Assembly: GCA_947648905.1 (NCBI GenBank)
Contig: CANSPP010000001.1
Location: 460,114 to 524,113 of the forward strand
Length of the DNA stretch: 64,000 nucleotides
Direction: 5' to 3'
DNA from: an uncultured Clostridium sp.
GTDB lineage: Bacteria; Bacillota; Clostridia; TANB77; CAG-508
Each line of letters opens with the position of its first letter. The stretch's first letter is position 1. Below the pieces are notes generated by a model, which did no database searches, had not been told where the DNA came from, and worked only from the letters and a program-made list of their open reading frames with translations. This document shows positions 21,162-31,658 of the stretch, piece by piece. The position numbers were made by a program, and so were the translations under genes.

Positions 21162-22523
21162 TTGGAAAGGGTAAAAGAAAATAAATTTATTATAATTTTA
21201 TTAGTATTTTTGGCTATATGTATATTCTTAATAGAAAATTCGTATTTGCCAGCTCCAGATGAATATAATTATAGCCATATTGCATGGACAGACCATAAAA
21301 TATCAGGAATAAATGACTTAATAACATCACAAATAAGCTTATATCAAAATTGGACAGGAAGAATACCAGTACACACTACAATACAAACAATATTATGGTT
21401 AGGAACATGGATATACAATATAATAAATCCTATCATATTTATAATATTTATTATATTATTAGGAAGTATTATAAAAAAAGAAATAAACTATTTTAAGATA
21501 AGTCTTACTTTATTTCTAATTTTATTTACTATAAAAGCAGGTGGAGAAAAATTTATATGGTTATCTGGAAGTATAAATTATTTATGGACAACTACAATAA
21601 TGTTAGGAGTTATGTATTATTTTTATAAAATTTTAATGAAAGATAAAAAGCTTAGTAATAAAGAAATACCAATATTTTTAATACTTTCATTTTTGGCTGG
21701 ATGGTCACAAGAAAATGTTGCATTTGTTTTAGGAACTTTTATAATTATGATATGTTTAATAAATATAAAAAAATTTTTGAAATACCCTAAAAGAGATAAA
21801 GCAATAATAATATCTAGCATAATTATATTTGGAATAGGAGCTTTAGCATTAATATTTGCACCAGGAAATTTTTTAAGAGCAAGTACAATGCAAAGTGATA
21901 TAAAAGCTTCAATACATCATATATTGAGTAACTTAAAAAATATGGGAAGATTGGGTATAATCTATGTTATATCATTAATAATAATTTGGATATTAAGAAA
22001 TAAACAAGAACAGCAAGATAGAAAAGATATGTTAAAGTTGCATGTAATATTAATAGTAACATTTATTGTTGCATTAATTCCAATGATATTAATAAATGAA
22101 TTCCCACCAAGGTCGACATTACCATATGAAGCAATACTTTTAATAGGAATATTAGCAAATAGTAGTGTAATAATAGAGAATTTAAATTTAAAGAAATCAC
22201 TAATAATTATAGAGATTATTCTTACAATTGGAATTTGTTACAGACTTTCAAATAATATTTTTACTGCACAAAAATATATGGTTCCATATAAAGAAAAAAT
22301 AACATCAGAAATTAATCAGGCAAAAGAAGAAGGAAAGAAAGATTTAGTATTATCCGCATTTGAAGAATCAAATAAAGTGCAATTACTAGGCCCAAGAAGC
22401 TGGTTAATTGATTTTTCGCCAACAGAAGATAAAGATAATATCATAAATCAATATATGGCAAGATTTTATGGATTTGATAGTATTATAATAAATAAAGCAG
22501 AAGAAAGTGACCAAAATAAATGA
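21162..22523 (+). CDS. Polytopic membrane protein (putative GT-C-type glycosyltransferase or polymerase)
   Basis: >10 TM segments; TTG start after AAGGAG. Confidence 0.4.
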   Translation: MERVKENKFIIILLVFLAICIFLIENSYLPAPDEYNYSHIAWTDHKISGINDLITSQISLYQNWTGRIPVHTTIQTILWLGTWIYNIINPIIFIIFIILLGSIIKKEINYFKISLTLFLILFTIKAGGEKFIWLSGSINYLWTTTIMLGVMYYFYKILMKDKKLSNKEIPIFLILSFLAGWSQENVAFVLGTFIIMICLINIKKFLKYPKRDKAIIISSIIIFGIGALALIFAPGNFLRASTMQSDIKASIHHILSNLKNMGRLGIIYVISLIIIWILRNKQEQQDRKDMLKLHVILIVTFIVALIPMILINEFPPRSTLPYEAILLIGILANSSVIIENLNLKKSLIIIEIILTIGICYRLSNNIFTAQKYMVPYKEKITSEINQAKEEGKKDLVLSAFEESNKVQLLGPRSWLIDFSPTEDKDNIINQYMARFYGFDSIIINKAEESDQNK

Positions 22524-24085
22524 AAATAAAAGAAAGAATACCAAAACTTGGAATAAGTACTGTACTAATACTTGTAATAGTAATACTAATAACATTTGCA
22601 ATTGGAGCAATAGTATGTACAGGAATATTTGAAAACGAATATATAAATTCATTAGAAAATGTAATATACAAATTTGACAATATTATTGTAAATATGGTAT
22701 TACTAGTAATATCAATACTTATTATATATATAATAAGTAAGATATCGAAAAAGGTAAAACCTAAATATTTTTTAATAGGTGCAATTGCAATATATTTAGT
22801 AATATCAGTAGTTTGGATTTTATTTTCAAAAACACCATTAAGAGCAGACCAGAAGATGGTAGAAAATGTTGCAAGAAACTTTATACAAGGAGATTTTGTA
22901 GATTTTAATAAAGGTATGTATATGGATTATCATCCATTGCAAATCTCTATTGTAGTGTTTATAGAATTAATATATAGAATAGCAGGAAATTTTGCGAATC
23001 CTATAATAATAAAAATGTTAAATGTTATATTTCAAATTATAGCATTTATCTACATATATAAAATAACAGGGTTATTGTTTAAAAGTGAGACAGCGCAAAA
23101 GATAGTAACAATATTACTTTTGGGATGCTTGATATTTACATTTTGGACAACATTTGTATATGGAAATATAATAGGACTAATGTTAGGAGTAATTGCAATT
23201 TATTATACTTTAAAATACTTAGAAGATAAAAAGTTAAAGTATTTGATATATACAGCTATTACAATAACATTATCTGTAATAATAAAAAGTAACTACCAAA
23301 TTTATATGATAGGAATAATTATTACATTATTACTAGATTTATTTAAAAAAGTAGATGTAAAAATAATTGTAACAATAATGGCAATTTTAAGTATATTTGT
23401 ACTTTCTAACAAAATAATAGTAAAGTCAATGGAATTCAGATTAGGACATGAAATAAGTGATGGAATACCAATGATATCTTATATTGATATGGGGTTAGCT
23501 AAGCCAGTTGATAGAGCATCAGGATGGTATAATGCAAAAGTAGACGTAGAAAAAATATACAGAGAAAATGATTATGACAATAAAAAGGCGAGTATATCAA
23601 GTAAAGAAAGTTTAAAAAATAGACTTAAGGAAATGGCAAGTGAACCAAAAGAAACATTAATATTTTTTGCAGATAAAATAGCCTCTACTTGGATAGAGCC
23701 AACATATCAAACAATTTGGATTAATGAACCAGCAGAAATGGTTAAAGAAAGTCCAGAATATTATATGAATAATAAAATATTAATAAGTATATATCAAGGA
23801 AAACTAAACAAAATGATTATTAAATATTTAGATATTTTTCAAATAATAATATATAGTTTTTCAGCAATTTATATAATAACAAATTTAAAGAAAATGACAA
23901 ATAGAGAAGCCTGTATGTTAATAATATTTTTTGGTGGAGTGTTATTTCATATTATGTGGGAGACAAAATCAATGTATGCAATTCCATACTATATTTTGCT
24001 ATTCCCATATTGTGCGGTAGGTTTAGAAAAAATATTTACAAAAGTAGAAAAATATAAGAATAAATGGAAAACAGAAGGAGAATAA
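22520..24085 (+). CDS. Polytopic membrane protein, ArnT/PMT-like GT-C glycosyltransferase (putative)
   Basis: N-terminal TM bundle with a ...RADQKMVENVARNF... loop, ~12 TM, C-terminal soluble domain. Confidence 0.4.
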   Translation: MKIKERIPKLGISTVLILVIVILITFAIGAIVCTGIFENEYINSLENVIYKFDNIIVNMVLLVISILIIYIISKISKKVKPKYFLIGAIAIYLVISVVWILFSKTPLRADQKMVENVARNFIQGDFVDFNKGMYMDYHPLQISIVVFIELIYRIAGNFANPIIIKMLNVIFQIIAFIYIYKITGLLFKSETAQKIVTILLLGCLIFTFWTTFVYGNIIGLMLGVIAIYYTLKYLEDKKLKYLIYTAITITLSVIIKSNYQIYMIGIIITLLLDLFKKVDVKIIVTIMAILSIFVLSNKIIVKSMEFRLGHEISDGIPMISYIDMGLAKPVDRASGWYNAKVDVEKIYRENDYDNKKASISSKESLKNRLKEMASEPKETLIFFADKIASTWIEPTYQTIWINEPAEMVKESPEYYMNNKILISIYQGKLNKMIIKYLDIFQIIIYSFSAIYIITNLKKMTNREACMLIIFFGGVLFHIMWETKSMYAIPYYILLFPYCAVGLEKIFTKVEKYKNKWKTEGE

Positions 24086-24087
24086 AA

Positions 24088-25029
24088 ATGGAAAAAATAT
24101 CAGTTATTGTTTCTTGTTACAATGAAGAAGAAAGCTTACCACTATTTTATGAAGAAATGGAAAGAGTAAGAAAAAAAGATTTTGAAGATGAGATGGAATT
24201 TGAATATATTTTTGTAAATGATGGTTCAAAAGATAAAACATTAGAAGAAATGAAAAAGTTAGCAAGAGAAGATAGCAAAGTTAGATTTATATCTTTTTCT
24301 AGAAATTTTGGAAAAGAAGCAGCAATGCTAGCAGGTTTAGAAGCGGCAGAAGGTGATTATATAACATTAATGGACGCAGATTTGCAAGACCCACCATCAC
24401 TTTTACGACAAATGTATGATGCAATAAAAAATGAAGGGTATGACCAAGTAGGAACAAGACGTGTAACTAGAAAAGGAGAGCCGCCTATTCGTAGTTTTTT
24501 TGCAAGAATGTTTTATAAATTAATTAATAAAATGTCAAATGTTGAGATGGTAGATGGGGCAAGAGATTATAGATTAATGACAAGACAAGTAGTAGACAGT
24601 ATAATATCAATGCAAGAGTATAATCGTTTTTCAAAAGGGTTATTTAGTTTTGTAGGATATAAAACTAAATGGTTAGAATATGAAAATGTAGAAAGAGTAG
24701 CAGGAGAAACAAAATGGTCCTTCTGGAAATTATTTAAATATGCAATAGAAGGAATAACAGCATTTTCAACTACACCATTAATAATGTCTTCTGTTATAGG
24801 ATTACTATTTTGTTTTATTTCATTTTTATTAATAGTATTAATTATTGTAAAGACATTAGTTTTTGGAGACCCAACAAGTGGTTGGCCATCAATGATATGT
24901 ATAATATTCTTTGTTAGTGGAATACAATTATTCTCACTAGGAATTATTGGACAATACATAGCAAAAGCATATTTAGAAGTTAAAAAAAGACCAATTTATA
25001 TTATAAAAGAAACAGAAAAAGATTTATAA
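24088..25029 (+). CDS. GT2 polyprenyl-phosphate glycosyltransferase (GtrB/CsbB/ArnC family)
   Basis: ISVIVSCYNEEESLP...FVNDGSKDKTLEEMKKLA...GDYITLMDADLQDPP; two C-terminal TM helices; AGGAGA RBS before ATG 24088. Confidence 0.85.
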   Translation: MEKISVIVSCYNEEESLPLFYEEMERVRKKDFEDEMEFEYIFVNDGSKDKTLEEMKKLAREDSKVRFISFSRNFGKEAAMLAGLEAAEGDYITLMDADLQDPPSLLRQMYDAIKNEGYDQVGTRRVTRKGEPPIRSFFARMFYKLINKMSNVEMVDGARDYRLMTRQVVDSIISMQEYNRFSKGLFSFVGYKTKWLEYENVERVAGETKWSFWKLFKYAIEGITAFSTTPLIMSSVIGLLFCFISFLLIVLIIVKTLVFGDPTSGWPSMICIIFFVSGIQLFSLGIIGQYIAKAYLEVKKRPIYIIKETEKDL

Positions 25030-25040
25030 AGGAGAGAAAA

Positions 25041-26159
25041 ATGATAGATTTTAATGTACCACCATATATTGGTAAAGAAAAAGAATATATTGAAAAGGCA
25101 ATAAAAAATAAAAAAATATGTGGAGATGGAGAATTTACAAAAAAATGTCATCAATGGATAGAAGAAAAAACAGGAGAGAAAGCATTACTTACAACATCTT
25201 GTTCTAGTGCGTTAGATATGTCAGCAATACTTGCAGATATAAAGCCAGGAGATGAAGTAATACTACCATCATACACATTTGTATCAACAGCAGATGCATT
25301 TGTGTTAAGAGGGGCAACAGTTGTATTTGTAGATATTAGACCAGATACAATGAATATAGACGAAAAACTAATAGAAGATGCAATAACTGAAAAAACAAAA
25401 GCAATAGTACCAGTACATTATGCAGGGGTAGCTTGTGAAATGGACACAATAATGGATATTGCGAAAAGACATAACTTAATAGTAGTAGAAGACGCAGCAC
25501 AAGGAGTTATGAGCGAATATAAAGGAAGACCATTAGGAACAATAGGAGACTATGGTTGCTACAGCTTCCACGAAACTAAAAATTACAGTATGGGAGAAGG
25601 TGGAGCATTACTTGTAAAAGACAATGACAACTTCGAAAGAGCTGAAATTATAAGAGAAAAAGGAACAGACCGTAGCAGATTTTTTAGAGGACAAGTAGAT
25701 AAATATACTTGGGTAGCGGCTGGCTCATCATTCTTACCAAGTGATATAAATGCAGCATATTTATATGCACAATTAGAAGTAGCAGATGAAATAAATAATA
25801 GTAGATTACGCAATTGGAACTTATACTATGAAAATTTAAAAGATGTAGAACAAATAGAATTACCATATGTACCAAAAGAATGTAAACACAATGCGCATAT
25901 GTTTTATATAAAAACAAAAGATATGGGAGAAAGAACAAACTTAATTAGATTTTTAAAAGAAAATGAAATAGCATCAGTATTCCATTATATACCATTACAT
26001 AGCGCACCAGCAGGAAAGAAATATGGAAGATTCCACGGTGAAGATAAATATACAACAAAGGAAAGTGAAAGATTATTAAGACTTCCAATGTATTATGGTT
26101 TGAAAGAAGAAGAAGTATTAACAGTTTGCAAAACAATTAAGGAATTTTACAAGCAATAA
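25041..26159 (+). CDS. wecE: dTDP-4-amino-4,6-dideoxy-sugar transaminase (DegT/DnrJ/EryC1/StrS family; WecE-like)
   Basis: Near-collinear with E. coli WecE: FNVPPY.GKE..Y...A......CGDG.FT..C..W......KALLT.SC..AL.M.A.L.DI.PGDEVI.PSYTFVSTA.AFVLRGA..VFVD.RPDTMNIDE. Confidence 0.85.
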   Translation: MIDFNVPPYIGKEKEYIEKAIKNKKICGDGEFTKKCHQWIEEKTGEKALLTTSCSSALDMSAILADIKPGDEVILPSYTFVSTADAFVLRGATVVFVDIRPDTMNIDEKLIEDAITEKTKAIVPVHYAGVACEMDTIMDIAKRHNLIVVEDAAQGVMSEYKGRPLGTIGDYGCYSFHETKNYSMGEGGALLVKDNDNFERAEIIREKGTDRSRFFRGQVDKYTWVAAGSSFLPSDINAAYLYAQLEVADEINNSRLRNWNLYYENLKDVEQIELPYVPKECKHNAHMFYIKTKDMGERTNLIRFLKENEIASVFHYIPLHSAPAGKKYGRFHGEDKYTTKESERLLRLPMYYGLKEEEVLTVCKTIKEFYKQ

Positions 26160-26173
26160 TAGGAGAAAAAACT

Positions 26174-27829
26174 ATGAAACATATGAAAAAAGATAGTCAA
26201 CATTCTAAAAGAACAATAATAATTAATATTTCTATTGTTTTAGTACTTTTAATAATATTTTTTGTAAGTTTAGTAAGTAAACATGAAATAATATATACAA
26301 TGAATGATGATATTGCGCTAAAGGCAATAGTATCAGGTAGATATACAGGAGAACCATCATTTTATATGATATTTTCTGGATTTCCATACTCTATATTATT
26401 AGTATTATTGTATAAAATTACAAATGCGGTTGATTGGTATGGATTAGTATTAGTAGTATCAATGATGTTCTTTTTAGGATACACAATATATAACATAATA
26501 AAAAACAAAGAAGACATATTAAAAAAAGTAATATATACTATTTTGATATTTACAGTTGTAGTAATAGTATTTAATACTTTTCTAGTAGAACTTACATTTA
26601 CTAGTGTATCTGCTTTTATTGCAACCTGTTGTTTAATACTATATTTGTTACCAGATGCTAAAATGAAAAATATAATAATGACAATAGGAATAGCATTATC
26701 ATTTGGGATAAGAATGAAATCATGTTTAATGGTATTAGTATTTTTTGTACCAGCACTATTTTATAAAAATTACAAAGATAAAGAAAAACTAAAAAAAGAC
26801 ATTATTTTAGGATTAAAAGTTGGATTGGTTTTAATAATTTGCTTTATAGTAGAAAAAAGTTTTTACAATAATTCAGAATGGAAAGAATATTTAGAATATA
26901 ATGAGTCACGTTCATTATATTATGATTATTATTATGGAGCATTTGTAAATTATCCGATAGAAAACAGCATAGAGATGTACGAAAAAGCAGGTTTAGACGA
27001 AGCAGAAATGAATTTATTGCATACATATGGAGGAATAGCATTTTATGATGATATTCAGCCCAAAATGGGAAAATTGATAGAGCTATGCAAACAAGACATA
27101 AAAATAAATTCAGATATTAAACAAACAATTAAAGAAATGATAAAAAACACAGACAACATTTATTACATTATAACATTAATTTTAATTGCAATTACAATAA
27201 TAGTATCGTCTAACAAAAAAGAAAAAATTATAACGATATTACCGTTTATCTTATTGCAAATAGCATTATTAGCTTATTTAGCAATAGGTGGAAGAATACC
27301 AGAAAGGGTATTAATACCGTTATATACTTGTTACATAGTAACAAATATATATATTATTTTACAAGAGAAAAATTTGAAAAATAGTTTAAATAAAATTTTG
27401 AATTATGGTAAATGGTTAGTCTTAATACCCATAATATTTGCATTTTTTATATCTATAAATATAACAATGGAAAGTGTAAGTACTCCTTTTGGTACAAATG
27501 CAGATATGATGGAGACATATTTTAAAGAGCACTCTGAAAATTTTTATATTTATGATAATAATGAGTTAGAAAGATTTAAACCATTTAAAGAATATAGTGT
27601 AAATAATTATATTAATATGAGTGGATGGACAGTTTATTCACCATTACATAAACAAGTTATAAAAAACCAAGGTGCAAGCTCTTTTAAAGAGTTGTTGTTT
27701 AGAGACAATGTGTATATGGTATTATATTCTCAAAGTTCAATAGATTCATATCAAGCTCTTGAACCAGATGCAAAAATAGAACAAGTAGATACAATAGGAG
27801 TTTTTAATGTATATAAATTTACAAAATAA
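26174..27829 (+). CDS. Polytopic membrane protein (hypothetical; possible glycan polymerase or GT-C)
   Basis: ~12 TM segments. Confidence 0.4.
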   Translation: MKHMKKDSQHSKRTIIINISIVLVLLIIFFVSLVSKHEIIYTMNDDIALKAIVSGRYTGEPSFYMIFSGFPYSILLVLLYKITNAVDWYGLVLVVSMMFFLGYTIYNIIKNKEDILKKVIYTILIFTVVVIVFNTFLVELTFTSVSAFIATCCLILYLLPDAKMKNIIMTIGIALSFGIRMKSCLMVLVFFVPALFYKNYKDKEKLKKDIILGLKVGLVLIICFIVEKSFYNNSEWKEYLEYNESRSLYYDYYYGAFVNYPIENSIEMYEKAGLDEAEMNLLHTYGGIAFYDDIQPKMGKLIELCKQDIKINSDIKQTIKEMIKNTDNIYYIITLILIAITIIVSSNKKEKIITILPFILLQIALLAYLAIGGRIPERVLIPLYTCYIVTNIYIILQEKNLKNSLNKILNYGKWLVLIPIIFAFFISINITMESVSTPFGTNADMMETYFKEHSENFYIYDNNELERFKPFKEYSVNNYINMSGWTVYSPLHKQVIKNQGASSFKELLFRDNVYMVLYSQSSIDSYQALEPDAKIEQVDTIGVFNVYKFTK

Positions 27830-27856
27830 CGACTTGAATTTTATATAGGAGGAAAT

Positions 27857-28972
27857 ATGAAAGAAAAACTAGTAATAATAGGAGCAAATGATTTTCAAAA
27901 TCAACTAATATTAAAAGCTAAAGAATTAGGATATGAAACACACGTATTTGCTTGGCAAGATGGTTCAATAGGAGAAAAAACAGCAGATCATTTTTATCCA
28001 ATTAGTATAGTAGAAAAAGAGCAAATTTTAGAAAAATGTAAAGAAATAAAACCTGTTGGAATATGCTCAATAGCATCAGATTTAGCAACAATAACAGTAA
28101 ACTATGTAGCAGAAAACTTAGGACTTGCTTGTAATCCAACAGCTAATACGCTACATTGCACAAACAAATATGAAATGCGTAGGAAAATGAAAGAAAACAA
28201 TGTAAAAACACCAGGATTTGCAAAACTAAGCAATGACCCAGAAACTTGGAAAGTAGAAGACTTAAAATTTCCTATAATAGTAAAACCAACAGATAGGTCA
28301 GGAAGTAGGGGAATAACAAAAGTATTCAATAAAAATGAATTAGAAAAAGCAGTACATTATGCAACAAAAGACTCTTTTGAGAAAATGGCAATTGCAGAAG
28401 AATATATAGAAGGAGAAGAATATAGTTGTGAATGTATTTCATACAAAGGAAAACATTACTTCTTAGCGTTTACAAAGAAATACACAACAGGTTCTCCAAA
28501 CTTTATAGAAACAGGGCACTGTGAACCATCAGACATAAAAAAAGAAAAACAAGAAGAAATAAAAGAAAATATATTTAAAGCACTAACAGCATTAAATATA
28601 CAAAATGGAGCAAGTCATACAGAATTTAAAGTAGATGAAAAAGGAAACTTTGGAATTATAGAAATAGGGGCAAGAATGGGAGGAGATTGTATAGGCTCAG
28701 ACCTAGTACAAATATCAACAGGATATGACTTTGTAAAAATGGTAATAGATGTAGCAGTAGGAAAAGAACCAGATTTTACAAAAACTACAGTTCCAACAAA
28801 AGCAGTTATTAAATTTATATTTACAAAACAAGACCTAGAAGAAATGGAAAAATTCCAAAAAGATAATCCAGAACAAATCTACAGAATAAGTGAAATGGAA
28901 TTAGAAAATTTAGGTAAAACTACTGACAGTTCAAGCAGAATAGGGTATTATATATATACACCTGAAAAATAA
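27857..28972 (+). CDS. ATP-grasp domain protein (putative amino-acid ligase)
   Basis: FPIIVKPTDRSGSRGITKV (ATP-grasp phosphate-binding loop), EEYIEGEEYSCE..., catalytic EIGARMGGD. Confidence 0.7.
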   Translation: MKEKLVIIGANDFQNQLILKAKELGYETHVFAWQDGSIGEKTADHFYPISIVEKEQILEKCKEIKPVGICSIASDLATITVNYVAENLGLACNPTANTLHCTNKYEMRRKMKENNVKTPGFAKLSNDPETWKVEDLKFPIIVKPTDRSGSRGITKVFNKNELEKAVHYATKDSFEKMAIAEEYIEGEEYSCECISYKGKHYFLAFTKKYTTGSPNFIETGHCEPSDIKKEKQEEIKENIFKALTALNIQNGASHTEFKVDEKGNFGIIEIGARMGGDCIGSDLVQISTGYDFVKMVIDVAVGKEPDFTKTTVPTKAVIKFIFTKQDLEEMEKFQKDNPEQIYRISEMELENLGKTTDSSSRIGYYIYTPEK

Positions 28973-28996
28973 TTCTATAAAAGGAGAAAAGAAAGT

Positions 28997-29989
28997 ATGG
29001 AAAAAAAGAAAATAATAGTTTTAGGTTCAGCAGGAAATTTAGGAATGTATTTTATAGACTATCTAAATGAAAAATTAGATATGGAAAAATATGAAGTAAT
29101 AGCAACAGGAACAAAAGATGAATATCCATTTGAATTTTACAAAGGTAAATATGTTAAAGTGGATATAACAAAACCAGAAGATTTTGATAAATTACCAAAA
29201 GAAAATGTACAAGCAGTAGTTGACTTTGCAGGAATTTTACCAGCATATTTATCAAAAGATGACCCAAATAAATATATAGATGTTAATATAAAAGGTACAT
29301 TAAATGTATTAGAATATTGCAAACAAGTAAAAGCAGACAGAATTATATACACACAAACTTGGGCAGATTTAAATGGTTATTTAAAAGAAAAGAAACCATT
29401 AAAACCAGATTTACTAAGAAAACCAATACATACAGGAGACCATGCAATATATACAGTAACAAAATGTGCAGCAGTAGACTTAATAGAATGTTATCATCAA
29501 ATGTATGGACTAAAAAACTTTATTTTTAGATTACCAAATATATACTTATATTCCCCAGAAATGTACTATTATGTGGATGGAGAGAAAAAATATATATCAT
29601 ATAGATATATAATTCAAAGAGCAATGAAAGGTGAAACACTAGAAATGTGGGGAAATCCTGATTTAGGAAAAGACATAATATATGTAAAAGACCTATGTCA
29701 AATGATTTTTAAATCTCTTTTCGTAAACAGAGAAACTGGAACATACAATGCAGGAACAGGAATAAAAACAACAATGAGAGAACAAATAGAAGGGATAGTA
29801 AAAGTATTTTCTCCAAAAGAAAATCCATCAAAAATTATTGAATGTCCAGAAAAAAAGGATTGTGATGATTTTGTTATGGATATAACAAATGCAAAAGAAG
29901 AACTAGGATATGAGCCAGAATACGATTATATTGCATACCTAGAAGATTATAAAAAAGAAATGAAATTAAATAGATTTACAAAGAAATAA
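28997..29989 (+). CDS. NAD-dependent sugar epimerase/dehydratase (SDR family)
   Basis: KIIVLGSAGNLG Rossmann motif; YTVTK (YxxxK). Confidence 0.75.
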   Translation: MEKKKIIVLGSAGNLGMYFIDYLNEKLDMEKYEVIATGTKDEYPFEFYKGKYVKVDITKPEDFDKLPKENVQAVVDFAGILPAYLSKDDPNKYIDVNIKGTLNVLEYCKQVKADRIIYTQTWADLNGYLKEKKPLKPDLLRKPIHTGDHAIYTVTKCAAVDLIECYHQMYGLKNFIFRLPNIYLYSPEMYYYVDGEKKYISYRYIIQRAMKGETLEMWGNPDLGKDIIYVKDLCQMIFKSLFVNRETGTYNAGTGIKTTMREQIEGIVKVFSPKENPSKIIECPEKKDCDDFVMDITNAKEELGYEPEYDYIAYLEDYKKEMKLNRFTKK

Positions 29990-30002
29990 AAGGTGGATAA
30001 AA

Positions 30003-30974
30003 ATGAACGAAGAAAATAAGAAAATAAGCTTTATAATACCATGCTATGGTAGTGAAAAAACAGTAGGGATAGTAATAAAAGAAATTGACGAAATAGTTAG
30101 TAAAAATCCGAAATATGACTACGAAGTAGTAGCTGTAAATGATAAATCTCCAGACAACGTTTGGGAGGTATTAAAAGGAATAGCAAAAGAAAACAAAAAA
30201 GTTAAAATAATAAACTTAGCAAAAAATATGAACAGACCAGGAGCTTTAATGGCAGGAATGTCAAAAGCAACAGGTGATTATGTAATATTAATGGATGATG
30301 ATGGACAATGCCCAATGGAAAGTTTATGGGAATTAATAAAACCATTAGAAGAAGGACATGACGTGTCAATTGCAAAATATCCTAGTTACAAACAAAGTAT
30401 ATTTAAAAGTTTTGGAACAATAGTAAACAGAAAGATGACAGAAGTTATAATGGAAAAGCCAAAAGGGCTAAACTTTACAAACTTTACGGCAATAAAAAAA
30501 TACATTGTAGATGAAATATTAAAATATGAAAATCCATATCCATATATGACAGGACTTTTATTAAGAACAACAAGTGACATTGTAAATGTACAAATGGAAG
30601 AAAGAGAAAGAATAACAGGAAGTACAAACTTTACATTTAAGAAAATGCTAAACTTGTGGATAAATGGATTTACAGCATTTTCTGTAAAACCACTAAGAAT
30701 ATCAACAGTAATAGGGTTTATAACAGCAGCAATAGGATTTTTATATGGATTATATATAATAATACATAAATTATTTATTCATACAAATATTGCACAAGGA
30801 TATAGTTCTATGATGGCAGTATTACTATTCATTGGTGGAATTATAATGCTTATGCTAGGAATGATAGGAGAATACCTAGGAAGAATTTATATATGTATCA
30901 ACAATTCACCACAATATGTAATAAAAGAAATGTTTAATATAAAAGAAGGAGAAAAAGATGAAGAAGATAAATAA
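30003..30974 (+). CDS. GT2 polyprenyl-phosphate amino-sugar transferase (ArnC-like)
   Basis: ISFIIPCYGSEKTV...VNDKSPDN...GDYVILMDDDGQCP; C-terminal TM pair. Confidence 0.8.
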   Translation: MNEENKKISFIIPCYGSEKTVGIVIKEIDEIVSKNPKYDYEVVAVNDKSPDNVWEVLKGIAKENKKVKIINLAKNMNRPGALMAGMSKATGDYVILMDDDGQCPMESLWELIKPLEEGHDVSIAKYPSYKQSIFKSFGTIVNRKMTEVIMEKPKGLNFTNFTAIKKYIVDEILKYENPYPYMTGLLLRTTSDIVNVQMEERERITGSTNFTFKKMLNLWINGFTAFSVKPLRISTVIGFITAAIGFLYGLYIIIHKLFIHTNIAQGYSSMMAVLLFIGGIIMLMLGMIGEYLGRIYICINNSPQYVIKEMFNIKEGEKDEEDK

Positions 30975-31299
30975 ATATGTATATTTGCATTTATTGTTAT
31001 TTTTCTTTTCATTCTGTGGAGTGTTTTCAAAACTAGCATCTGCAAATGAATTTTTATCATTGAAATTCTGTATTTTTTACGGAATTTCAATTATGATTTT
31101 AGGAATATATGCACTTCTTTGGCAACAAATATTAAAGAAATTCTCTTTAACAACTGCATTTTTTAACAAAGCGGTTACAATTATATGGGGAATGTTATGG
31201 GGAGTATTGTTTTTCAAAGAAGCAATAACAATAAATATGATAATAGGAACAGTAATTGTATTAATAGGTGTAGGATTGGTGGTGAAAGATTATGAATAA
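30958..31299 (+). CDS. Small 4-TM EamA/SMR-like membrane protein (ArnE/ArnF-like flippase subunit)
   Basis: 113 aa, 4 TM; overlaps the stop of the preceding gene. Confidence 0.55.
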   Translation: MKKINKYVYLHLLLFFFSFCGVFSKLASANEFLSLKFCIFYGISIMILGIYALLWQQILKKFSLTTAFFNKAVTIIWGMLWGVLFFKEAITINMIIGTVIVLIGVGLVVKDYE

Positions 31300-31636
31300 A
31301 GTATTAATATATTCAGGAATATACATTTTAGGAGTAATCATTTCAGCACTTGCACAAATATTATTAAAAAAATCAGCAGATGTGGAAAGAGAAAGTAAAC
31401 TAAAAGAATATTTAAATTTTAAAACAATATTTGCATATGGTATATTCTTTGGAGCAACATTATGCTCAGTATTTGCATATAAATATGTACCATTATCTAT
31501 GGGACCAATTTTAGGAACAACAGAATACATATTTGTTGCAATACTTAGTTATTTCTTGCTAAAAGAGAAAATAAGCAAGAAGAAATTATTAGGGTTAATA
31601 ACAATAATCGTAGGAGTATTAATTTTTTCATTGTAA
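31292..31636 (+). CDS. Small 4-TM EamA/SMR-like membrane protein (ArnE/ArnF-like flippase subunit)
   Basis: 114 aa, 4 TM; start overlaps the upstream stop. Confidence 0.55.
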   Translation: MNKVLIYSGIYILGVIISALAQILLKKSADVERESKLKEYLNFKTIFAYGIFFGATLCSVFAYKYVPLSMGPILGTTEYIFVAILSYFLLKEKISKKKLLGLITIIVGVLIFSL

Positions 31637-31658
31637 TATATAAAGGAGTCGAACAAAA

